From assembly GCA_030141605.1 (NCBI GenBank), contig JAQGDQ010000130.1, positions 391,974 through 455,973 on the forward strand: 64,000 nucleotides of DNA. Direction: 5' to 3'. Made by a program: the position numbers and the translations under genes. Positions 24,201 to 36,000 of the stretch are shown one piece after another; the first letter of the stretch is position 1; the number at the start of each line of letters is the position of its first letter. The notes under the pieces are model-generated. The model saw nothing but the letters and a program-made list of their open reading frames with translations. It was not told where the DNA came from and ran no database searches. The DNA is from Tubiluchus corallicola. Its lineage: Eukaryota > Animalia > Priapulida.

Positions 24201-27200
24201 AGTCCACAGTTACAATTAATTTCAAAAACTGCAAGTTAGGTTAGTTAAAACGTGATTACTTAAAATATTAAAACACTCATAAATAAAATGCATCAGATTA
24301 TGTTGTTCAACACTGTTATATAATGACTATATGTTACAAAAGTCCAATTTGTTATAAAGTTCTCTCAAATGTCCACTTTTAAAATAAAGACACGGTATGT
24401 GTTCATCATTCTGCACGTCTCTTCTGCAAACAGAGGCGCTCCTCCATACGTAAGCTATTCCATTACTCTCTATTTATCATAAGAAAGTCAGCAGATAAGC
24501 AAAATGTTGTAAAACCAAGTCTTTCCATTTCAGGAACATTAAAACTGAATTCGCGGCTTAGGTAGACCTTGTGTTGTTACATAGTAAGCATCTTAATGCA
24601 TCTACAGACACACTGTTTTACAACAAGTAAATCTCTAATTGAGTGGTACATTCGCATACACTTTGTTTCAGTCTTTCCGCAGTATATAATTTTGAATTTT
24701 TGACGCACCATATCGCCTGTGACATGGTAATGAGAGACTGATATGACATGACAAGCAATTTAACAGTCTTCAAAGTTATGGCTCATTAAACGCGGTAAAC
24801 ATTAAACAACAACATCATTAGTTGATTAACGAGTTACAGGGGTGCAGCAAGCTGGTCGCAGAAATTCCGCAAATTAGCCACTAGCTGAGTGAGGAAGAAA
24901 ATACATCATATAAGGGCGACCAAATAATGTCTAACGTTACATAACCAATAACCAATTTCTAGTGATCTAGCTACAACTGACAAAATTGATGCACTTGGTT
25001 AAAAACTAGGGTTAACTGGCGCTCGATCGCAGGTACTTTTTGTTCAGACGTATTTATAAAATGCACTACTGTCTGGATTAAAAACACATGTAGAACACAG
25101 TTTACCAATGTACTTGGTTCACCGGAGCTAATATCCTAGCGATCCGCACACTATATTAATTCCAAACATTTTTGTTAGGCTACCAAGTTCAATGCCAGAG
25201 CAAAGCTCAACAAAATTTTGCAGTCACAAGGCCATCTCATAAAGGTGGCTGTTTAAAACTTTTCGCAGCAAAAATATACGCAAGATCTTTCTCACTTCCA
25301 GCACAAAGCCACTTGAAATAACAAAATTCACCACCACTTAGTTCTAGTTCGAACAACACTTATAAATACCATCACACCAACAGAGTGCCTATGCACGTAT
25401 GGAAAACAAATTCATGGAACCAGGTAATATGCAATAAAATACATTATTACTCATGCTTAATTATTAATTATTCAATGCAATTTAAATTGTTCAAAAATGA
25501 ACAAAGCTAACTAACTAACAAACTAAATAATAACGAAATGCCAATCGCCAGTTTCATTGGGTACCATGTTTCATAAATATATTGACACACCAACTCATTA
25601 CAACTGTAAATTGCACATTATTTAAAAATTACATTATATATAAACATTCGATAACCACAATAGAGAAATTTTAACAACTAAAAGCAAATAATTTTGTTAA
25701 AATAATGACCCAATTCACTCTAAATGCCTTTCATCTTACAATTACAGCAATTATTGTACATGCAAAAATTCTACACCAGGCACACATTGATCTGAGTGTT
25801 TGGTATTCACACATTTACTTGTCAAATTTTTCTCCAATTTTTGAAACTTATAAGAAGACTCATGTATCATGAGAATTGAGCAAGAAAGTCATCACCAATA
25901 ATTATTGGTAGAGACCGTGAGAGCTGCAGGAATGACTGAAAATACGTACATGTAACTACAAAGAAGTTTAGGCCAGAAAAAGCCAGTACCAATCCTGTAA
26001 ACCATGAATGGTTCAGACTTTCTACACTAGCAATACTGGGTATATCCTGTGAATCAGCTTAAGGTTGGAAAGCCAATTTTCTTCACGAAGCTACTTATTT
26101 ATTTGGACCATGAGCTGTTTCTAGTACTTTCTCTCTATTATTTCTCAAAACAACAATATTAGCTTTTCTTTTCCCTTACAAGCCTATTAAAAACAGAAAA
26201 AAAGAACAGAACAAATTTTCCCAGTGCTCAATTTCAAATCAATATTCATAATTTCTTAACATTTTCTTTAAATAGTTTTCAAAACTATGTTGATCATGGA
26301 CAGAAAATCTCTACAGCCCGATAATCAAAATCAAGACTGAAAACGAAAATAGAACAATTAGGCCTACACTGTTTTTTCATCATGGCGACTGACATAAAAC
26401 ATTGTATACAGCAAATGATTTCTTGTTCGTTAGTGTGAAAACTGCAAAACGTTCTTTAATATATTCAACTTCAAAATATGTTCCAAGCACAAATATGGTT
26501 TATCATGTCTAATGTTTGCACTGCCTAGTTTCACCAGCCTGAAATTATAACAGTATTATCACCTGAAATTATTGCAAGAAAATGCTTTTAAAACCATGTA
26601 TACCATAGTAACCATGCAACCAGGTTCGGTAAAAAAATAAACTAACAAAGAACGGGCATCTAAGTTATTAGATCTATTAGAGCTAAAGTAGAGATTCGTG
26701 CCACATTTTTGGAAAAAGCTGCATTGGTGAATAAATTGTTTAGACAAAACTTTCTTTTAGTCAAATGCCACACATCACAGTGTAGGCCCACTCTGCATAA
26801 CAGCAATTACTTAGAAGTGAAGCTTATAGTACTGATATAAGCAGCTCAAGAAACTAAGCAAGTAGCCAATTACAGGCATGCTTACAAACACGAATCAAAA
26901 CTATAAACCTACAATTAAAGTGTAACCATGTTGGCAATACTCCCACATTCGCTGTACACTGTGAATAATAAACAAGTTTACAAACATGACTGGCATACTC
27001 AACAAGAAATATACTGTGAAGGAAATTTGCTATAAATGAGTGGGAGTAATCCAAGAAATTATGTAAGGTTCAATAAACATGTATGTTACCAGTTACCACT
27101 CCCTCCTGGGTAAGCCTAGAGCTAAAACTTGAAGTATAAGTTTTAAGAAAGAAAAGGTGGATGGTACAGTTAAGCTCCAGTCTTATTTAAAATAGAATTT

Positions 27201-29552
27201 TTGGGCAACCACACCAAGAGTGCCCCCCCCCCAAGAGCAGCCAACATGGCTGCAATAATAGAAATGACAAGCAAAACTTGTGACACAGCAAATTTTGTTA
27301 GCATTGGTTACATAAAGAAAATTAGGCTCCTTCTGAATTTGTTTTTTCCAAAAAATATTGTAATTGAAGGCCATGTTCAATGAAAATAGTGGGAAATTTT
27401 CTCTTCAACAGAAAAGTTTATTAAATAAAATTTCCATGTTTGAAATATCAATGTGAAATCTAAATGCTTTGCTAAGTCCTCCACACCTCATATTTTGCAT
27501 AAGGATAATACCACAAAGAGATCTATGATGTAAGCACATAAGACAAAATTCTGCTTCTATTGGTGTACATATATTCATAACCAGAATTAACATCCTGTTT
27601 GTGCTTCACCAGACAATGAGCTTTGACTTTATCCATACATAAACGTGTTTGTATTGACATGTTGTCATAATGTAGACTCAAATACCCTGGCTTTTATACG
27701 TGCAATAGTGCTGGCATTAGATAAATAGCACTAGCGTGGTTACCTAGACTTTGAACTTTATAGTAACGGCAATCGGGACTTGGCACCAAATACAATGTGT
27801 ATATTTAAACCTTAGCCTTCTAGAATCACCTTGTACAACATACACACAAGTGATAAACTGAGAGAGATCTCCACTGTATGTAGTGCGTACTAACCTCAAT
27901 AACATATGCAACTGATATGCATTTTTTTAAACTACTAAAAATGATTCCAGACTTAGTAAGAGCCAAACTTTCCACAAGTTTTGTATGTTACAAGCAGAAT
28001 GTTGCAAAAATCTAGATATTAAACCAGTAAAAGTTAAAACTTGAAACATGCCTATACAGAGGTGAAATATTCAATTGGTACATTATAAACCATTAGGAAC
28101 AAATTATAAATGATGTAGTGATAGTGATATTTTTTCATGCATTTTTCTTTTTTTTTGAAGTCATCAATTCTTCTCACAACTTCGCAAAATCTCTTCATGG
28201 ATTCCAATTTAAACCATTCTCTCATGAATTTTAATTCAAACCACTTAATACAAATGAATAACGTGATATAATTTACAAATATCTGGAAACTTACAACTGT
28301 TGAACAACTAAAAATTTTGGTAAAAGCTGTGACCATCCAACAAAAATTCAATAGGCTTACAATCACCTGCTCTTAATTTTGTCTTTTGGCAATGACTGCA
28401 ATACTTAAGCACTAGCCCAAACTGTCTCCACATCATGTAGCATCCAGTAATAGGCTATGTCCATCTATATAAATTATCTCAAACCGAATGCAACTCCAGC
28501 AAACTGTACCAGACACTTGCTTAATGTGACTCAAAGACCAAACTTCTGGTCAGATATATGATATCATTTGTCTGCAATCATTATCGGGATCCAAAATGAC
28601 TCCATGGTAAATCGGTAGTTCTCATATGTGGCCTTGATGGTAGAAAACCCTGCATGCATGCATGTTAATGCATTTTAACATGGCATCTTCTTACTTGAAC
28701 AATAGAGTTACGAAAAATACCGAAATCATAAAAATTCAAAATCGGGCCCAATTCAACTGTTTATTTATCTCATTCAAAAAATATCTAAAACAGAGTTCTA
28801 GCCAAGTACTATGCAACACCAATCTACATACTGATGAAATGCTAAAAAGTATTAAGAATTTTTTGTTTACCAGAAAAATTTAACAGATATACTGACAGTA
28901 AACAGTAGGCTAACTGTAGTTATTTGCAATTGAGGCTGCAGAAAAAAGGACACTGAAGCTCAGATTTACATGGCAGGGTAAAGTCAAACAATGCATTAAC
29001 ATATGTGGAAAAAATAAATGGATTTGTTGCAACAAATGTGTAAAAATAAGTGGATGAACCAAGCATTTTAATATCTTGCACAAAAATAATTTTTGAATTA
29101 ACGTTGATATTCTGGCCCACTGTAATTAAACCCTGTTTTATTAAACAGCTAGCTAATAAACATTTTCCCTCTTTCCTTCGATCACAGTATTCCTAGGAAA
29201 ATCAATATCAACAAGCCTTAATAATTTTAAATTAAAATTTAAAAATAAATTAATCACAAATTATTGGAAAAATGGTATTACAATTACAGTAAGGGAGACA
29301 AAGTAGTGAAAAGACACCTATCGTGACTATCAAAACATAGATGAACCCTACGAGGACGAGTTACTATTAGTATTACCGTTTTCCTTCTATACACCTAGGC
29401 CAGGTACAGCCAGTGGCTGAACACCACGCCAACAACGACACCGAATACTTAGAGGAGGCAATTTCATATAATGAGAATATAAATAAATTTAATATTACGT
29501 TACATGGATGTTCATTATTGTGGTTTACGTTAATTAATGCAATGATGCTTAC

Positions 29553-29700
29553 CTGAGATAGGCCCTATAAGGATTAAAACTTAGGTGAGCATCCGTAAAA
29601 ACTTCTTGAACGCACGATGTCACAAAAACATTTGACGCGTTTGAGTTCAACCGGGTTTACTGATATCAATCCGAGCACTACACGCCCAGTAAACTGACAT
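29553..29700 (-). promoter_or_regulatory. Candidate non-coding first exon / promoter of the protein 4.1 gene
   Basis: Consensus minus-strand donor CAG|GTAAGC at 29553/29552 beside a locally CpG-richer patch; upstream boundary is a guess. Confidence 0.35.
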
Positions 29701-31522
29701 TAAACTGATTTGGACACAATTTTTATTATCACTTGCGTTAATATTGTTACGTTAAGCTTACTTTTTTACAAAAGCATTCTTGTTAATTTGAAGCAGTATT
29801 CTTCTAGCTAACATTTTTCCCTTTTTGGGATTATATTTTTGATGGTAACTCTCCGCCATATGTAAGTGAGTAGGTTTAAAGATACGCGAAGGGGAGTGGT
29901 AAATGAAATTCATACGCTGTAAATTGTGTGTAATATTTACCGGGTAGTGCTTAATTAGCGCACAAAGCCAGAAAGCTGTAATTTTTATAGTCACAATTTG
30001 GAAACCACAGCGCAGATAATGTTTTCGGCTTTAAAATTTTTAAGCGAAATGTCGGTTTTTCGCCACTTTCTAATGTATTGCATGGTCTTGAACGGCTTAT
30101 AGATTCTAGAAAACTTCACTTTCCCAAATAACTGCAAAATTATAATCTGATCATAAGAGATTATTGGTTTAGATAACATGAGATAAACGCTTAAAACTTG
30201 AAAAATTGGTCTTTTCAGACAGGTTTAGTTGTTCTAACACCACGATACAGTATATCTATAATTAGGATTATTTCTTGGACGACCCTCTCTCCTTCACTTA
30301 CTTGCTAATTAAAATTTTTTTGAGGGCTTATATTACACATAGACTAACATTGTTTTTGTGCCTTGTTTTACGTTATTCTTGTTACGTTTTAATTTTAATT
30401 TTTTTTAAGTTATTCATTGTATTGAAATTGCATACCTGTGAATTTGAAGAGAAAAATAAAATCTATGTCAAAAGAGCTTGATGAAGGTGTAAAATTAATT
30501 AAAGAAATTTAGTTCACTAGTGCCATAATTTTTAACACCACAGCCAAGGCATTAATATTGTCATAACTATAACATAAAAATAGTAAAAGCTTTGCCTTCA
30601 GTTGTTGCTGAAGCTTGTCGGTGCTGCCATCTATACCTGTCTTGGAAAATTTTGACAATTCAAACTAAAGTACAGTGCTTCATAGTAACACACACAATAA
30701 TGATAGATTCACGTTAATTCTGCCACTTTATTTGTAATTTGGTTTAATGTTTTGTACTGCATTGGAAAAAAACTCAAAATTGTTTTAGGCATTTAGTTGT
30801 AAAGTTTTTCATATTAAATTTTGAGATACATGTACAGCAAATGATGTAACAAATAAGTAAACATGTACATAAAATATATTAAAAAAATATGTTAAAAAAC
30901 CTTGCAGTAATATGTATGTGCTGTGTAATACTGAAAGTTTCCACACATATGACAAAACTAATAATTATTGTCTTTCTGTTTTGCTACTTATCCTGCATAG
31001 CAAATAACTCTTCATAAGTTTGTCTGTGCACTTTTGTATTTGTTTCCTTTACATGGAAAATTGGAGAAAATGAAATGAAATCTCAATTCTCCATCTGGCA
31101 ACTCACCACAAGCGATTTTACTTTTTAATCAAGGATATACAATCATTGTCAATGTTTTCCATACAGGCTTATCACACAACATAAACAGGGGTTTATTCAT
31201 AATCAAGGAATTCTGGTACACTAAATCACTATATGTATAACTAGATGCATGGACATCAACAACTGCAAGGATCTATGCATGATTTACTTGCAACACATCC
31301 TGACGTGCATTGGAAAAATTTATTTTGAAAATTTAGAAATGAACATTTTTTCCAGAAGGATTATTCAAATTTATTTGCATCATTTATTTTTAATTTTTCG
31401 TCATTTTTAATTTTTTTCCCTTAATATTACATTATACATTATTTACAGATAATTGAATTATATTTCTTTTATAATATGTGCCACATCATTGCATCATTTA
31501 ACCGGAATAAAGATAAATTTAA

Positions 31523-32422
31523 TTAATATCTAGTGAGCACAATCGGAAAGTTCTCGGTAATTAGTCGATCGTCATGAAAGATTATCACAAGATTAACTTC
31601 AAATTCGACTTTGAAGTTGTTTGTTGTTAGCGTTGGACAAGTAAATAAACGCGGAAAAACCATGTGTATTGGAATTGTAATGTTGCGGCAAACGTCCCCC
31701 TCACCTATTTGAATGTTTTGGATTTCAGTCGCATCTTTAGCATAACCTTCTGCACAGCCACAGGTTTCGACTCTAACAAGTTGAAGTTCTATAGACTTTA
31801 TAGCAACTTCCGAATGTTCAACAACAAATTCACCGGTGAATGGCTTTGTCAGACAACAGTTAGCAGAATCGATGCGTCCCCGGATTTTGAAACTCGGTAT
31901 GATACCACGTTCTTTATCTTTAACATTCTGAAGTGAATCCGGCGTTATGACAAATGGAATTGGTTTGGCATGTGATACTTCTTCCTGATTTTTGTATTCA
32001 ACAATAAATTCGCAGGTCTTTGAAAGATCTTTGCTGAGAAATGTTCGTTTCATTTCGGCTCGTAGAATGTATTGTATATTAACAAAAACACCATGATACG
32101 TTTCATACAGCACTTTGTTGCCTTTAGGCTTCAATAGAAACTCAAAAGGAATTTCTGTCTTGCCAGACGGAATTTTTCCAGGTTTTGCTAACTCCAAAGT
32201 GTAATTGAGAATTTGTATAGGCTTTATAGAATTATAGAATGCTTCAAACATTCCCACGCTCTTAGCACTGAGTTGTAAGTTAACAGAACCTTCCATAGTG
32301 AGGGTAAGTCCTTGATGCTGTAAATCCCCTTTGCTCATTATTACAACCACACCGGAAATCATTTCTCCATGTCTATAAATCTTAGTTATTTTCTTTAGAC
32401 GAATGTCTAAAGCCGCCGCCAT
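31523..32422 (-). CDS. VPS26C: Vacuolar protein sorting 26C (DSCR3), Retriever subunit; single coding exon, 299 aa
   Basis: Uninterrupted ORF from AAGATGG context: MAAALDIRLKK...VNLQLSAKSVGMFEAFYNS...LYETYHGVFVNIQY...ELQLVRVETCGCAEGYAKDATEIQNIQI...FPRLFTCPTL...LITENFP, which I recognise as DSCR3. Confidence 0.96.
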   Translation of the reverse strand: MAAALDIRLKKITKIYRHGEMISGVVVIMSKGDLQHQGLTLTMEGSVNLQLSAKSVGMFEAFYNSIKPIQILNYTLELAKPGKIPSGKTEIPFEFLLKPKGNKVLYETYHGVFVNIQYILRAEMKRTFLSKDLSKTCEFIVEYKNQEEVSHAKPIPFVITPDSLQNVKDKERGIIPSFKIRGRIDSANCCLTKPFTGEFVVEHSEVAIKSIELQLVRVETCGCAEGYAKDATEIQNIQIGEGDVCRNITIPIHMVFPRLFTCPTLTTNNFKVEFEVNLVIIFHDDRLITENFPIVLTRY

Positions 32423-32965
32423 CTTGCTCTGTAATGCAGAGCAACGACGAGAATCAACCGAATACGTCTTTACTATCAACTACAAATACTTCATAAAACA
32501 AAATCTACATAAAAGTTTCATCTACATTAAAAAACTCTACCACGGTTATCAACAGATGGGTGGCAGTACAAACCGATAAATGATAAAATATTATGCAGTT
32601 TTGTTCAAAAAGGTGGCGCCACCGTGTTTCACAGGTGAATGACTGACGAAAAGTAGCCGACGGCAGTTCGACTTGGATGCATAGAGAGAGGAAAATCGTT
32701 GAATGCTGAAAAGCTTCTGATTACTTTACAGGTAAGCATGAAGCGTTTTTGTATTGTGGGCGATGAACAGGTGAAGATCTCAGAATAAGAGACAGCTATG
32801 CGGATGTTTTTTTCTGTACATTACTAAGTGCATTGTCATTGAAATATAGATAAGCGTGGTCGCATATATTCGAAATACGCACTGAAAGTAAAAACGACGT
32901 GCAGCAAATTAATCTTTGTGGTTAAGTGTACGACCGCGCAAAAGTTAAAAAAATTATTGTATATT
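32423..32965. promoter_or_regulatory. Probable bidirectional promoter between VPS26C and SLC23, including a plus-strand non-coding exon ending at 32731
   Basis: Divergent start codons 543 bp apart; strong donor CAG|GTAAGC at 32731/32732; palindrome GGTGGCGCCACC near 32612-32623. Confidence 0.6.
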
Positions 32966-33001
32966 ATGGCTACTGACAATCCTGGGTTTCTGGCAAGTTC
33001 C
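32966..33001 (+). CDS. SLC23A: SLC23 candidate first coding exon
   Basis: [12 protein letters not shown] then gtaagt, phase 0 matching next exon. Confidence 0.65.
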
Positions 33002-36000
33002 GTAAGTTTTAAACTATTATAGTTTAAATTATATCTAGATTATAGTTTAAATTATATCTATATCTATCTATTAGATAAATTATAAATTATACCTATAGTT
33101 TAAATTTTAACCTATATTAAAAACGTTTGCTAACTTATAGCTGTACTTCACTATATGTACTATAAGTTTTAATACATGTATTAACTTATTCGAACAACAA
33201 ACTTACGTAACAAAATTTACAAAAAATGCCAATTGCAAAGTGTTTGCAACCATGTACTCGGCAAAATTTTGTAAAATACAGTGCAATTTAATAGGCCTAA
33301 TGCAGCACATACACAATACTACTCAAACACATGAAACTGAAAAAGATAAATGCATGGTCACTGATACTACAATGGCATGTACGAACTGATTACCATCCGA
33401 CGTATAAAATATTTTTAGAACCACGGAAGGAACTCTTCTAATTTTAAATTGGTTTCCTGTCCAAAAACAAATCTGCCCGTTAAAAAAATATTGCCAAGAA
33501 TAGTTGCCAAGAATAAAAATAAAGGATTTGATTACTTACCATACCATACCATGTCCATACGGCCACCTGTTGGGCAATACTGCCTGTTGACCATTCTTTT
33601 ACTTCTATTTAAATACACATTTAAACTAAAATCTTGGTGGCACTGCTTCAGCACTGTAGTAATAATTCTACCATGTGTCGTCTAGGTACCTCTTAAATGT
33701 ATCTATCAAGTTTGCGCACACTGCATGGCTTGGGAGATTATTCCACCTGTCTGCATCTTTTTTGCGCTATATCTTTTTTTGAGGAATATCTTTATATGTG
33801 CTATATCTTTGTACATGTCATAGGTGTATTTATATGTCTCACTTCGTAGCTGACGATATCTCATACTATGTATACCTAAAGCTTTTAGCCATTCTTCATA
33901 AGTCATCTCTGCTACCTCCGCAACCATTCTTGTTGCATGGTGCAAAACTCCCCCAATAAGCTTTCGATCCTTTACATACTTAGGCGGCCAAGCTGTAATC
34001 CCATGCTCAAGATGGGGTCTCTGCAAATGACGATTTCATGTTTAGTATGCATCTATTTCTTTAGCATGTTTACACAAGTTCATAGCACTCTTCTACTTAA
34101 AATTCTCCAAAATTGCTTCATCATGAAATTCTTATATAACTATAATGTAGATTGCTCTGAATTTGTAATGTAATCTTGAGCCGTTGATCAGTAGTAGAAT
34201 CTTCTCACTTCATCATATCATGATATCAACTTTGTTTCTAGTTTCTAGCTAGTGTTGTTAACTTGCTGACCTACTTGACCTATTTTTGTAAGCCTTCCAA
34301 AGTTATTTAAGAGCCCATGACCACATTTGCCTCATATTCTACTCCATCCTTTTAGTTGTCAGTTGTCCTTTATTGTTACTTTTGCAGCAGTGCATTATGC
34401 TATGTGCCATATGTGAATATGTTTAATAAAGTTTATTGCAGTGTATAGTTGTAAAAGAGGCCTTTAAAATTGCTTCAATATTATGAGAACTCATTTTCTA
34501 GGCATTTCATTTGTACATTTGTACATTGGTACATTATTCTTAAATCCATTATCACTTTATAAGTATGCTTATATAATGTTATCTTTTCAAATTGCAATTC
34601 TTGTACTTTTAGTAAATTTTTGAACTTTCTTGTGTAGTCGCCATGTATGATTTGCACTGAGAACAGGTATATCGTTATCCATGGTTATAGCTATATGGTA
34701 TACACGCGGCTGTATTAGTTGGTAGTGAAAATTCTTATGTTTATGTATATTTCATTGTAAATTTATCTGTAACATTTTGACTGTAATTTTAGATCTTGTG
34801 CACAGTCGGTTGACTATTCTGAAAATACATGATCTAGTTTTTTTACAATGTTAGTTTGATCATTATGTTATTATTATCTTGATTTAGAATGAATGCTATA
34901 GATTAGCACTTGCCATTTGGTTAGAGATATTTATAGCTACTCGAATTTCAGTTGCTTGTGCTTCAAGCTAAAGATTTTATCTTATAATTCATAACACCAC
35001 TTACTGCTGGGTCGATTGGTAAACACTGAAAACTTGTTGGATGGCTGGCTGTGTGGGAAAATGTAACTACCTGCCTATTGAAAACACAACAATTCTAGTT
35101 AAAGACCATTCATGCAGTACGATTTTGTAAATTTATGAACAGAGCAGAGCCAAATGTTTGGGAGGCCCAAAACAACTGTTAATATCAAGCATAACTCTGT
35201 TATCTATTGAGTTTGATTTGTGTGTTTTATGATATTTATAAAGGTGTAAATCAAATATAACCTTTCGTCTCCTGTGCATGTAGCATTAACTGTTTGTGCA
35301 GAATACATCACAAAAAGCTGAAACAAAAATTAGCAAATACCATGCTGTCTTTTCCAAGGCTTTCTATTCTTTGACGTTGTTTTGTAACGTACGAAAATAA
35401 TTATACCGATTTCAGCACTATACATCACAGCTCAGCAGGAGATTACCAGCTACTACTGCACAGAACAAAGTAGTATTAAAAACTTGATAGTTAGTAGGTC
35501 TTCTTAATTGATATATTCCCAAAGTTTAGTCTGGACAGCTTGAGTTGATTAAAATCAAATGTTAGTGCTTACGTAAGTCTTCTAAGTTGGTCATGCATAA
35601 ATCGTTTTACATATATTTTGTATCTATAAATGAAACATCCTTCTCAATATCTGAGATTCAGATTTGTCTTACCGCTAAGCAAGATTTTTGTTGAAAGTTT
35701 CATGTTGCATAACAAAGTTTTAATTTTCTTACTGAATTCTGATCCCAAGATGCTGGAAAACAATTCTATTGCTAGTCTTAGTAAAAATATTTGGCAGCAT
35801 CCTTTTTTTCCTGGAAGACCAGCACTTTGGACGTTTAATCTTTCACATGAAATTTTGATATCAGGCACTTGATTGAAATTGCTGAATGCTCTTATTTCTT
35901 GTAGTTAGGTAAGTATAACAGTAATACGTTTACTGGAATAAGTGACACATCTTTGCAAAACGTCCACTCATTTTTCTTGTTTTTCCTGTATGTTTATAGT

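Noticed and set aside
32423-32479. 19-aa N-terminal extension of VPS26C in the ORF track
   Set aside because: Starts at a non-ATG codon; homology and Kozak context point to ATG 32422
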